From Geosiphon pyriformis uo1 (taxonomy: Eukaryota > Fungi > Glomeromycota): a DNA stretch of 64,000 bases. Every line of letters starts with the position of its first letter. Positions within the stretch are counted from its first letter, which is position 1. A program made the position numbers and the translations under genes. The stretch spans positions 124,001 through 188,000 of the forward strand of contig JAAOMT010000661.1 of NCBI GenBank assembly GCA_016748015.1. Reading direction: 5' to 3'. Below are positions 24,001 through 36,850 of the stretch, in pieces. The notes beneath the pieces are model-generated. The model ran no database searches, was not told the origin of the DNA, and saw only the letters and a program-made list of their open reading frames with translations.

Positions 24001-27000
24001 CATCAGATGAGCCATCCAATTGGTCACCCCAAGATTCTTTAGAGTCAATTGCTTTACAAGAGATTTGGGTTCCAACCAAAGCTTGAATTTCGGGGTCAAA
24101 AGCTGAAGCTGCCATTATCTGTGCCGACCCTTTATTCATTGGATCACTAAAAAGGACAAGTAATGATTCACAGACTAAAATTCGATGAATTTCTTCAACC
24201 GCCGTCGATAAGATTTCTTTAATATTAAATCCGGAACGAATTTTGCTGCTAATAGAGAATAGCAATTGTTTGGTTTCAGCTTGAGAACGTTGTTGAACCA
24301 CCAATTCATGGCGAAGATTAGATAATTTAATATTGCTTCGTACACGAGCAATCAGCTCACGAGCATTAAAAGGTTTGATCAAATAATCATCAGCCCCTCG
24401 CTCCAATCCTTAAAATAAAAGTAAAGCATTTTTACAAGCTTAGATACTAGTGCTTTGAAATAAAATTTTTATGAACAAACCTTCGACGCTAGCCTCTTCA
24501 CCAGCTCGAGCCGATAAGAGAATCACGGGAATCATTTTAGTTGATGGATCCGAACGTAGAATTTTTAATAACTCAAAGCCATTCATGTTAGGCATCATAA
24601 TATCTATTTTTAAGTGTGTAAATAAAATTATCAATTTACATAATCAAGCAAAAATTCAAATTTTAACTATGATATTAACCGCTTAACACAAGATCGGGTT
24701 TTATCTCATGCTTAGTGATAATGTTAAGTGCGTCACGGCCGTCAGTGGCACTTCGCACCTCAAATTCTGTTTTTAAGATGTTACAAAGATAGTTTCTAAT
24801 CGGAGAGAGAAATAATTAGTCAATAAAAGCTTTGGCGTTACTGATACATCGAATCATAAAGGATATTCGATATCTTAGGATTCAAATACCTCATATCAGC
24901 ATTATCATCCACAACAAGAACACGTTTAATTCTGTTCGGATCACTTCCGAATTCTTCTAGTAAAAATGGAGATCGAACATCCTTAGCGGCGCCTAACGTT
25001 GGTGAAGCGATCGATAGAGTCTTCAAATGTTCAATTGTGTTCTTAGCTTCGTGATCGTCTTCCTCAAATTTAGTTTGGAAACCTTGGGAATCATGTTTTT
25101 CCGTATTCCATTGTTTACATTCCTCCAAATACAAATCGACATTTCTAGAAAACTGATTTTCCCGAAGTGATGGTATCGGATATTTCGCGTTTCCTTCTCT
25201 AATACCATTAATGTAAACATTTTTCCTAGGCAATTGATCATATCCGGTTGGTATCCATACTCGGAATGTAGTGCCAACATCAACTTCTGAAGTGACACTT
25301 ATATCTCCTCCGTGACGAATTGCTAATTCTTTAACTAGAGCAAGACCTATACCTGTGCCTTCATGACTACGGGATTGATGCGACTCAATTCGATAAAACC
25401 GTTGAAAAATATTAGGTAGATGCTCTGGGGAAATCCCGACACCTTGAAATTTGAATTAGATGAAGTATTTGTATGAATGGTTAAACTTTATCAAAAATTT
25501 ATATATATAAGAATATAGACTTATAAATTGGATAATTTTACCTGTGTCAGTAACTTCTAATATAACAACTTCTCCACATTCCATTTTGTCAGCATAAAGC
25601 CGAATGGTAACCCCTCCATCCCAGGTATATTTGAAGGCATTTGAACCTAGGTTGACATAGTAGTTTTGTGTGAATATGTATTTTCTATTATCCCAGAAAC
25701 TTTTTTATCAAGAGTAAAAAACTTACATAGGTTAAATACAATTTTTTCATACAAATCCAAATCCAAATAGACTTTGTGTTCCAACTGAAGTTGCAGCGTT
25801 TCATTGCTGGGAATGTCTAAAGTAAATGTTAGGCCAAAAGATTTGGCCATGCTCTCAAAGTTGGAGGCCAATTCGGTGGTGACCTTCGCAATATCTGTTT
25901 CACAGTAATGAGCTTCAAGACGACCTGCTTCAATTCGTGAAAACTTTATAGATCGGGAAAGACGTTACATCATGGCCGAATATAATCAAGAGTGATAATT
26001 TATTATGTCAATAACTAACCTGTAAGAGAGTATTCACTAATTTTAGTAGTCTTCTCGCATTACGTTGAATCATTTTCAAATTGTAAAGAATCGGTGAATC
26101 GGGTGCACATGAAGAGATTGCATCCTCCAGGGGAGCCAGCATGAGTGTAAGTGGAGCTTTGAAAACCACACATTTTTGGTGTAAGCAATTTTTCAATTGG
26201 TGAAAAATCAATAAGACACACTCTAATTTTTGAAATTAAAATATTACTTCGCAATTCGTGGCTAATATTTTGGAAAAACATTATCTTTTGACGATTAAGA
26301 TCGGCTAAAGTTTCTGCCTGCTTTCTTTCTTCTTCACGTGATCTTCCATTAGTTAGGCTAGAACTGACGTGGCCAACAACGAGCTGGGAAACAAACAAAA
26401 AGGATTAATTTTCAAATTTTATTTTCCCGAAATTCAAGCTTACTGACCTGGCAGAATTCCAAGTATTCTGTGTCTAACGCTCGGCGTACATTAACTCCAC
26501 ATATTAGGATTGCGGTTAAAACGGTTTTCCCAGCAAACGATGTTAAAACGGGAAGAAGTATTGCTTGCGATTTGTCAGCAAGTGTGACAAGTACATGTTG
26601 GTTTGTTCGAATCACTTGCTCAATAGGCCACGATTCAGGAGTGAACGAGGAAAATGATGATTTTGTTAAACTTTCTGTCTGTGTCAACGAGTCTGAAGAT
26701 TGTAACTGCGATTTTTGATCCATCTCATTATTTTTTGATTTTTGAATATCTTTTAAGAAAGCTTCCATCGCATTAGTAACATTTAAAACATGATGTGACT
26801 TTGGTAGCTGATCAGGTAAATTTCTTGAAGATTTTCCCGTAACAAATATTAATTCTTCGACTCCATCATCACCGGATTGGGTATGTAGATTATCATCAAA
26901 AGTGGTAGCAGTCAAACGAGCCACATAGGTTTGGTTATCTTCGCCTGCTTCATTCTTCCCGATGAGATATATGAGGGCATAGGTGATGTCGGCATTATTA

Positions 27001-28369
27001 TCTCGAAGAGCGGCAGTAGCTAAATGACAAGAAGCTTCAACAGATTTTGCACCTGATAAATTTAGATAAAAACGCAGGCATTTTGAGTATTCCATGTTTA
27101 TTGTACAATCATAGAAAAACCAGCAATTCCCTTCACCCTTTTTTTTTTTTTTTACTTACCAGGAGTTCGATTTCCCAACTCGCCCAAAGTTTTTAGACGG
27201 CGAGCAGACAGAACCCTTTGTGTTGTTTCCTGTACTGCGGTGAATACGCCACCAACTGATCCATCTTCCTGGAATACGGGACTAAATGTAAAGGAAAAGT
27301 AACATTCCTCGGTATATCCGTCTCGTAAGAGAAGAAGCATGAGATCGTCATTGAATTGTCCTTGACCCGTTGATACGACTCTAATATAGATCCAAATGTT
27401 ATGAAAGATGATATAAAACTCTTGATTTCTTTTGAATCGAATAAAATAAGATATTAACCCGTCAAAGATAGGCCCTATCACATCCCAGATTTCGGGCCAT
27501 ACCTCCCATGCTGGTTTACCCAGCGCTAAAAATTAAAATGAAATGGTGAAAATCTTTGAGCATGAAATGGGTAAGGCGAGGAACAAAAGTTAACCAATTA
27601 TTGAAATAATGCTACTTGAGATAATTAAAGACACGGGATCCGTGTAAGGAGATCACATGACTCAAATAGGAATTCCTAAGATGTTGGTATTTTGATTTAA
27701 CGAATCATTTAAAGTTTGAATTTCTCACCTTCTGGATGTTTCAATTTTAATATAGGCCGCCACACTAAAAATCACAAAAAGCAAAAAAATCTTAGGAATG
27801 ATAGCCTTCGAGAAAATATTTCAGGAATCAGCGGGAAAACTTACTTTGATTATAGATTAACAATTTTTGGGGCCCATAATACAATGCCATTGGGAACACC
27901 GAGTGAAGACATAGATCCTGTAATATGAAAAACCCAAAAAGATTGGATCTATAAATATTTGGACTGTAATTGGGGGCATGCGAACAAAAATTCAGAGATT
28001 CGAGTCTAAAGTTGTTTGGAGCCCAGACTAGGCTGAAAAATATTGGGGGGGGGGCGGTTGTTGAATTTAAATAACGTCTAGATATTGGTTGAACTTTATA
28101 GCTAGTTGAATTTTTGGGATCAAGCCCAAAGGGTATATGAATTTCCCGGGTATCATAATTGAATATGTTGCATATAATTTGGGTTTGGATAAATTTATCT
28201 AAACATTCACAACACACACCACAGTTGTTCTTAAAGACGTAGTCCATGTACTCATAGCCCCCAGTTGTGTTGTCGACCAGTCAAAAGAGTAGACAAGTTC
28301 GGCAACTGGTATTTCACCTTCATATGGGTTCAATATTTCCTTGTGAGAAGTGCTTTGACTGAACGACAT
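21036..28369 (-). CDS. Dual hybrid sensor histidine kinase (PAS-GAF-like-HisKA-HATPase-REC-GAF-HisKA-HATPase-pseudoREC-REC), many exons
   Basis: Spliced motifs: [13 protein letters not shown] / KHPEALGKP..EVWPEIW (PAS); H-box 1 NISHELR|TPL; [21 protein letters not shown]; [17 protein letters not shown]|DIMMP..KPF; GAF ([12 protein letters not shown]); H-box 2 NTSH|ELRTPL; [18 protein letters not shown]; final REC EDNPIN..LMDCAM|P..KPL. The junctions I traced are GT-AG. The ATG at 28369 is a best guess and an upstream exon is possible. Confidence 0.93.
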
Positions 28370-28434
28370 GTATTCCTCTGCTATGTTCACGAAAACCAGT
28401 CGATGTAAAAATGTTTTTTTTTGGATTGATTATA

Positions 28435-28478
<44 letters not shown>
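28435..28478. repeat. (ATG/CAT)n microsatellite ~65 bp upstream of the kinase start
   Basis: About 14 perfect ATG units. Confidence 0.95.
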
Positions 28479-28479
<1 letters not shown>

Positions 28480-29264
28480 AAGAAGAAGAAAAGAATCAAG
28501 AAAGAACAGAGAATGAGTATGAGTTTTAAAATAGCCTCTGAAAAAATGCCAACAGGCTCTTACAGCTATGTATTATCACGCATTTCTGTTATGACTTGTA
28601 CACCACGGCAACAGAAATTGGTCCCCGGAAATTTGAATAATAACAGATACTGACCACAAAGTAGTTTTGGGTCTGCTTCCAACGGCAAATTCATATTTTT
28701 TCTTGGAGTAGTTGATAAAATGGGTTGGGATATACGGTCGAGAGCGGTCCAGACCGCTTTTTTGTTCATTTTTTAAGTTGATGTTTTCATTGATCTACAA
28801 TAAGAATAATTTTTCTATTGTAAAATTTATTCTTAGATACATAAATGCTAATAAAATATTTATGTGTTTGTATAATGTAATAAAGATATGGTTAGATTTT
28901 CTTCATTAAATAAATTCTTTCTCCCCTGATCTACTGCAGTTTTACTTACCCATTCCATTTATAGATTAGTTTACAAATTTGGGTTTTTTATGCTATTATT
29001 GTCTAGATTCCGAGTTTTTTTGCTCAATGCCAAATTGGAAAACAGGGATAAAAAAACTGTATATATTCCAAGAGGAAAATTTTTTGAGATTAGGTACAGT
29101 TATTTATTTTGATAAAGCACGAGTTATCGCAAGATGTTTGTGTAATATCTTGTTTGCTTGCTTGTTTATTTGTTTGTCCATTTTGCTTACTTACCCGTTT
29201 TGCTTGCTTGTTTATTTTCTCTATGTAGTTTCAAATTTGTTTATCTCTTATAAAATTCTGTTAG

Positions 29265-29392
29265 TTTGCATTTGATGAGTAATGTCCAGATTATTATTTT
29301 TTGCATTTGATGAGTAATGTCCAGGTTATTATTTTTTGCATTTGATGAGTAATGCCCAGGTTATTATTTTTTGCATTTGATGAGTAATGCCA
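29265..29392. repeat. 35-bp minisatellite, ~3.6 copies
   Basis: GCATTTGATGAGTAATG recurs at 29268, 29303, 29338 and 29373. Confidence 0.95.
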
Positions 29393-31484
29393 AGTATTTA
29401 CTTATGTAAATAAAAACTCAAAACAAATTAATCCCGAATCAAGGTCGCAAGTTTATTTTATAATTTTCTATTCAGAATAAATATAGATAGATACTGTATT
29501 ATGATGAAAAATGCTTTTTTAAATGAAATTTTTTTTTAAAAATAGTTAATAGATAACTATCCAATTATTATTTTTGAATGATTAGTATATTTTGAACAGA
29601 AAAATATCCATTATCAATAAATATTCATGGAAAAGATTCAACTTTGACTTTTGTAAAAAATTAATTTATATATTCAAAATTGATTTGACATGTATGATAA
29701 TTTTTATTTTTATTTTACTTTGAACTTTTCATTAGGAAAAGATGGCAGCTGCAAACTGGTTTTGATAAAAGTTAATTTTGAAGCTTCATTTGTGATTAAA
29801 ATTTCAATCTCTACTTTCTATTATAAAGAATTTTGATCCTCTTTATTTAGCATCAAATGAATGATATGTACTTTTTAAGATATTTTTAAACTAATATTAA
29901 ACAAAAGTACTTTAAAAAAACAGTTTTAAATAAATAAGTGTGCAAACATTACTTGAGACTATTTTAATTTAAAAGGATATATAAAATTATGTAGTTATTT
30001 TTTAATAAATAATTTTCTGTGGCTTTAGAAAAATGATTTTTGATCTGAATATTGGGCATATAAATATATATAATTTGACAATATTTATCCCTATTAAATG
30101 TAAAAAATTCTCTAACAAGGTTGGAAATATAAAATGAAAATTTGAAAGATATTCTAATCTTTCCAAATGATTTTCTAAAATATGAGATGAAAAATCTTTC
30201 AATAATTATAAGAATCCTTCAATGGCTTGAAATTTTTATGTCTAAAAAAATTTTCAGGTGAAAAACTTATCTTGAAGAATGAAACCTTGTGATTTTAAAC
30301 CATCAAAAAAAGGCTAATACCTACATCTTTAATGAAGACACAAAAAATTGTCAAGACATTAAAAAATCCTCTCCCCTCAAATTAATAAATAAAAAATCCT
30401 GGAAATCAATTTAGCCGTTGTTTTTAAATTTCAAGTTTTAATTATTCTATAAAGTTGAATTTTGAACCCCTCCTAAAATTAAAAAGATATAAATGTGAAT
30501 ATTACGAAATATTCAAGTAAAATGGCTCTTGTAATACATTTGAGTCATTTTAATCAGTTCACAATAATGCGCAAAATTTCGCCAAAAAAATAAAAAATTG
30601 AAGAGAAAATTTTTAAACGAAAATTTAGTTTGAACATGAAAACGACAAAATTGGTTAATTTAGAATAAGGATTAATTGTAATTGGAAAATCCAAACTTCA
30701 TCAACGGGATAAAATTTGTTAATTAAAAAATCAATAATTTATTGATTTAACGAATACTTAATTCCTTATTATCAAGCATCTCTTATTAAAGAAGGCTATT
30801 TCTTGGTAAACTTTTTTAATCCTAATTTGAGAACTTTAATGTTAAAAAAAAATGAAGATGAAATAGACGAAGAATTTCTTTTGTATACTAAGTAAAGTTA
30901 CAAGAATGCCGAGAAAAATAAATAAATGGGTGGTTAGTTTCAATTTTATGTCTTGGGATAGAAGTATAAACAAGTCATAATAACAGAACAGGACAGGACA
31001 GGAGAGGACTATAGTTTAACACACGTTGAAAAAATGAAAAAAAAATTTCAGCCAATTTTTAAAACATTAACAATTCACTCGTACCTCAATTTTTAACGAG
31101 AAGAATTGAGAAAACTAATAATATTTACTATTTTGAAATTAAGAAAAAATTTATTTTGTAAATTACATTCTTGAAAAAATTCAAAGAAACCCTAAAACTT
31201 GAACAATATTTTGAAATGTCAAGAATCAAGAAGGCTATCCAGCACTGGTCGCGAGAGACTCAGACTCTCAAACATTTAAAATCTTCAACTAAAATTTTTT
31301 CAATAAATTCACACAACCAATTAGATATTAATAAAGGAGTGTAGCTTTTGTAGATTATTATTAAATCGAATCAAGGGGGTGTCATATTCAAATAAAATTA
31401 GTACTATATTACAATAAATCGGCTGAGCTTCTATAAAGAGATTGAACATCAAATATATTAAATCACTGAAAACCATTTTTAAAT

Positions 31485-32009
31485 TCACAAGTGCAAAGCA
31501 GGGTTGAAAAAACGATTTGCTATAGTAGTTTCAAGAAAAACCCCTAATACAAAAAGCTTCAAAAATCCGAATACGACTCCACCAAAAAAGATTTTGTAGT
31601 GGCTTATGGTTATATCTTGATATTCGGCCGATACAATAGGTTGAAATTGGAACCCAACCAAGTTAAGTGTGTATTTGCTACCAGATTTTTGGAGACGGTT
31701 CTGAGACTTATTATAAATGAGATCAAGTTCTTGGACTAAGAAGATTTCACCTTGTGAAGCCTCGTTAGCGTCATTTTGATTACTAGTAGGAAACTCGAAT
31801 TCAAAAATTTCTGAGGATACAAACATTTTGAACAAGCGTAAAAAAGTATGTATAATTTCTCTATCATCAATCATGTTAGATTTTATGATAATTATGTTTG
31901 ATTCTGGGGTTATTTTAATTTCAAGAAAGTTTGAAAAGTCCATCCCATGGTCTGAGAAGCATCTTTTCAATACATCTTGAAGGTTATTAGCGCCTCGAAC
32001 GATTTGCAT
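31485..32009 (-). CDS. Hypothetical protein (174 aa)
   Basis: Isolated ATG ORF with globular-looking composition in otherwise stop-rich DNA. No motif recognised. Confidence 0.55.
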   Translation of the reverse strand: MQIVRGANNLQDVLKRCFSDHGMDFSNFLEIKITPESNIIIIKSNMIDDREIIHTFLRLFKMFVSSEIFEFEFPTSNQNDANEASQGEIFLVQELDLIYNKSQNRLQKSGSKYTLNLVGFQFQPIVSAEYQDITISHYKIFFGGVVFGFLKLFVLGVFLETTIANRFFNPALHL

Positions 32010-33559
32010 TTTTATAATGTGAAATATGTTATAGTTTTGAACTTTTTTGAATTTTTTTAAAAAGCTATTGAACCTCTATATATATATATATATGATTTTT
32101 AATGAATGAAAGTGAAAATACAGACGGAAAAAAATATCCGCTAAGATGAATATATAAATTGCCAAACTTGTTTTTAAGGTTTACAAATGGAACTATCAAG
32201 AAATCACCTTCATTTAAACACTTCCATATTTCATATTGGTGATACGATTACATGACACATGATACCTGTTATTTATAACAACTAAAATGAACTTTTTCAT
32301 AAGCTTTCTAAATATTAATCTAATTCAGCAAGAATTCATTTTCCTCAATAATTAGCAAATGAGTATATATGCACGAAAATTTCTGTATCATAAAAATCGA
32401 AAATGAAATCTGGGACAGTCAATTCATTCATGGAATTTCTTTCTTCCATCGAGTCATTATGATGCAAAAATTAATTTCAAATTTATACGACACAAGCATT
32501 TGACGAAATATAAGTTTAAAATTCTAAAATTTTAATTAAAAAATTTAGGATGGTCATCAAAATTATTTATGAACACAATCGTGACCAATATTATCATACA
32601 ATCGCTAAGAATCTCTTTTGCAGCAGCAGCAGCAAAATTTTAAATATATCGGACTTTGATGCCTGTCACGTCACATGACTCACTTGGGCTCACGAACACC
32701 AAAATTGGTGATCAAGAAAAATAGAAGGATTGCTTTTTTCAGGTGAAAGTATTTTCCAGGAGACATTATTTCCATCTTTTATTTTCTAAAAATTTGATTT
32801 AGTTTTTATAAAGTATATTATCATAATTTTTTTTATCAAGTTCAAACTCCAAAATAATTTTTTGCTAGATTTTTATTTTCTTAGTCATGATTGATTTTCA
32901 AAATTCGATATTTAAATGAACGTTTTTATTAAATTGTTTATAACATAATTAATTACTGAACTTGATGCTACAATAAATTTTAATTACGAGAAATCTCTCC
33001 AAAGAATTTCTATATAGGAAAATTAAAATTATATGATTTAGTTTCCGTCTCAAAGAAAAAATTCAAACTTAAAAGGTCTAGTCGAAAATTTTTGAATTTG
33101 AACAATTTTTTTTGTCCAGTTAGGCAACTTGTCTGCTGAGAAGTTTTGTCAACGACTTCAATAATACTAAAATTTAGGACGGGAGCTACCTTCTCATAAG
33201 CTATCTTTAATAAAAAGAGACATCTATATTGAATAAAACTCCTTTCATTCTCTATTGCTTGGAAAGAAAAATAAACAAACTATTTTAGATATCTAAACTA
33301 TTTTTTACAAATTCATAATTTATTAGAAATATAAAGTTTATAATTAAACGCTAAAAATTATGCTATTACTTAATTTTTAATATAAAGAGAAAATGATTAA
33401 AATCAGAAAAAATGGCCATTAAATAATATTAACATTGGATAATTTTCTCCACTCTATAGAATTGTTGCAAAAAGCATATCAACAGATATAAGAAGACATT
33501 GTTTTTATATTGTAATCATAAAATTAGAAATAAGATTGTGTTGGAAGCTATTCAGTTTA

Positions 33560-34341
33560 TCTGGAAAACAGCTTCATTCATTGACGCTTTATGTGTGCTT
33601 CACAGACCAGAATAATTTTCTTCGTCCCGAAAACTGCCAAACTTTTAATGTTGATTGGTTTAAACGAAATATGCTTTCCTTTGAAAATATAGCTTGATTT
33701 CAATCAAAATCTTTATGATTTTTTCCCTATTGTAAACGGTTTTTTTGTGTTTGATGTTGAATAAAGGTTTGGAAAGTTTACCTATATATTTACCCTCACG
33801 TGAATGTGTCTACACTAATTTTAACCTTTTGTTTTTTCCTTTCCCGTTGTATATCAGTGGCGGTTAGATTAATTATTTTTTTTGCAAGTTGTACAATTTT
33901 GTCATCTTGCTTTGGGGGTTGTGATTCGATTTTGTCAGTTTTAGTTGGTCACTTAGTTCTTTTGTTTCCTCTCATTTTTTAAACTAATAAAGGGCTGTAG
34001 CTTCAAGTCCAAGTAGCTTCTTTGGCTTTTGAGCTTTAGGGATTGAACCTTCCCGCGGGGTCGTTCCCTTAGCTTGAGTTAGCACTAAAGAAGGAAATTT
34101 ACATCCGAATTTACAACGGCAGCAATTAGTGATCGATAATATGGATGGTGAAAATGAGAATGCTGGCGTAGCAGCTGTTGTCGCAATTGAAATTATAGAG
34201 GTTGATATTGAAGGAGAAATTGTAGATGTTGTTATAAAAACAGTTGTTACTGGCTACTCTTTAGGCTGACCATTTCTTTGGACTACCATTTAGTAACATA
34301 ATATTAGCTGCTGTCCGGTGTCCAAAAAGTGGAGAATTATG

Positions 34342-34405
<64 letters not shown>

Positions 34406-34427
34406 GGATGATTATCAGGAGGATTAC

Positions 34428-34462
<35 letters not shown>

Positions 34463-34701
34463 GTTGTGTTTGGATTGGTTGGAATCAAAACTGGTTCGAA
34501 TCCTTGTGGAATGAAGTAAAAATTTCCCTTTTTTTGTTCATACAAACTTATAAGCTTATAAATAGACATCATTTCAAAGGTAGGGGCCTTTATATTAGAA
34601 GAACACCAGGTAGAATCCAACGAATTCTTACTCGATGATGAAGTTTTGTTATTATTACTATTATTATTGGTTGACTCCGAAATATTTTTTAAAATTGTCA
34701 T
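33560..34701 (-). pseudogene. Disrupted gene (N/S/T-rich, microsatellite-broken), possibly a decayed HMG-box gene
   Basis: ATG at 34701 and complex sequence (YFIPQGFEPVLIP) until the microsatellites, then coding-like fragments in shifting frames. Weak HMG-like relics near 33560-33780: FIQHQ..NQAIFSKE..KVWQ..RKLF..FPD. Confidence 0.35.
34343..34461. repeat. (AAT)n followed by (ATT)n microsatellites
   Basis: About 18 AAT units (34343-34397) and about 11 ATT units (34428-34461), in mutually complementary orientation. Confidence 0.95.
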
Positions 34702-36409
34702 ATATTCATTTTGTCAATTGCTTTTTGCAATAATGTAACGATAAGCTTTGAACTAGGTGAAAGAAAGCGAAAATAAGCAAAGAGAATGAATGATGGGGTG
34801 TGAAGTAATATTGAGTTTACCAAGGTCTGTTATGATGATTATAATGATGACGACAACGATGATGCTAATGAAAAAGGTGTCGCGGAGTCTGCCAGAGAAA
34901 AATTATTAAAGAATTTCTTTTTGCAAATGGAAGTGCGAAAAGCTATTCTTTTTATCGACCTTGGTCTGGTAGTACAAATTTCATGTGTTGAAATAGAAAT
35001 GATCATCTTTATATTAGGTTATTTTAAAATTATAATGTCTTGTGAATATTTTTATATAATAAAAAGCTACTTGCATTGTCTGACAGATATTCGAAAACAG
35101 GAATTTGAAATAATATATATAGACTTCTATTAAACTAAAAAAAAATTTTTTTTTATAATAATAATAAGTTAAACCGATTTCTTAATATTTGATTTTCTTT
35201 CTGCTATGAAGCTTTTCCCTTTTATTTTAATTATATATCATTTCAAGGCAATTAAAAGGCGGGTTTTTAGTTTAGTATTATTGATAGGTAAAGGAAAAAA
35301 TGAAGTATTTACAAGAATTTTTTAATTTGTGGAACTGAAGATTTAATGCATTAACAAGTTATATGCATAGGATCTTTATCACCTCTCATAAATTATGGTT
35401 TTTTCAGAAATTTTGAATAAAGTGGCCTTTTTGAGATAAATTTGCCATTTGAATTTGTAAATCAAAATATTAATAAATTAAAGTAGTCTATTACTATTTT
35501 CCATTCCATTTTTGATTTTTTCTAGTCTTTACTCACCAAAAAATAAATTAATATATTTACAAAAAAAATTTTTTTTTTGCAGGACAGTCTATAATCTCTT
35601 GTAATATGAGAGATGAACTAATATTTTTTTTTTCAATAAATTTTTTTTCTCTTGTCTTCCATTTCTAGCAAATTTTTTTTTTTTAAAGAAGATGAACGAG
35701 ATTTAAAAGATTTACCAAAATTCTTTTTTGATTTTGGTTCACAATCTTTTAATGATAAACGCCGAAAAGGAAGCATATCGAACACATCAATTATTAAAGG
35801 AATTTTCGAAATTATTTATTTCAAAACTAATTTGGCTAGAAACAGTTTTTTGAATTATGAATTTGGTGTTAGTCTTTGAAATTATCTGCGCATTTAAAAT
35901 TCATAAAAATATGTTTTTTGATGAAGGAGATAAAATTTATCATTTCTTATAATGCATATTCACTCCTAATTTTCAGTAGATTCTAAAACTATTTGTTCAA
36001 TTGTTATTATTATTAGAAGAAAATTATAGGCTTAGTAGGACACCCCGTTTCCCGTATAGACCATTCAAATTTAAGCCTAACTTAAATAATGATTCATGAT
36101 TGAACAACTGAAATATCAAGGGCCTAAAATATTTTTGGGAATCTAAATTTTTAAATGAAAGACGGGCTAAACTAAGTTTCATGTACTGGGAATTTTATAA
36201 TTACTTGTAGCCTTTTTTTCAAAGTATAATTTGATCATACTATTATTCTATTGTATACGGTGTGTGTGACAAAAAAAAACAAACTTTGCAAATCGATCAC
36301 AGTTCCACGAAGATCACAGGAATCATATGATTAAATATGTTTTAGAAAGGCCAAAAGCCATTGATTTTATTTTTATAAAATTTAATATTTCATATATCAT
36401 CATATTTTG

Positions 36410-36850
36410 GTATAGATCCAGACTACACGACGGCCAGTCAATAACTTTGGGCAAATTTTCCATAAGAAACACCTTAGCTACTCGATTTATATGCTCGGGA
36501 TCATTATCCTATTGAAAACGCCACTTCTTCCCAAGTATTCCATTGTACTAATGTTTAATTGTGTTTGGGAACAGTTGAATGCTCTTTCATCCAAAAAAAA
36601 GTTTTTTCCATTTATCATTAAGATAAAATTTGGTCCATTCAACACGTTTTTGCTTTTGAACTTGGATGAGCATTGCCGTAGTAATTTGTAGGTTTTTCAT
36701 ATATCCAAATAATTTTAAATATTGGCAAATTGTGTGATATGAAATGTTTACTTCTTCTGTATCTAGTTTAGTAGAAATTTTTCGCAGAGACGAAAATTTT
36801 TATGAACACATTGATCTACTATCTTGGGTAGCTTAGTGATTACTTAATTT
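36410..36850 (-). mobile_element. Degenerate Tc1-like transposase remnant (same type as 8255-9140)
   Basis: The minus strand reads QKRVEW..LNDKW..FLDERAF, WRFQ*DNDPEH and LPKVIDWPSCSLDL, with internal deletions. Confidence 0.8.

Noticed and set aside
21036-28390. Track ORFs as separate genes, or a bacterial contaminant
   Set aside because: They join through GT-AG introns into one kinase reading frame.
28411-28653. Poly-Met ORF
   Set aside because: Translation artefact of the (ATG)n microsatellite.
17203-29392. CRISPR-like arrays (57-bp and 35-bp repeats)
   Set aside because: The units are head-to-tail with no unique spacers, there are no cas genes, and the context is eukaryotic.
34318-34638. 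Poly-Ile ORF
   Set aside because: Translation artefact of the (AAT)/(ATT) microsatellites.
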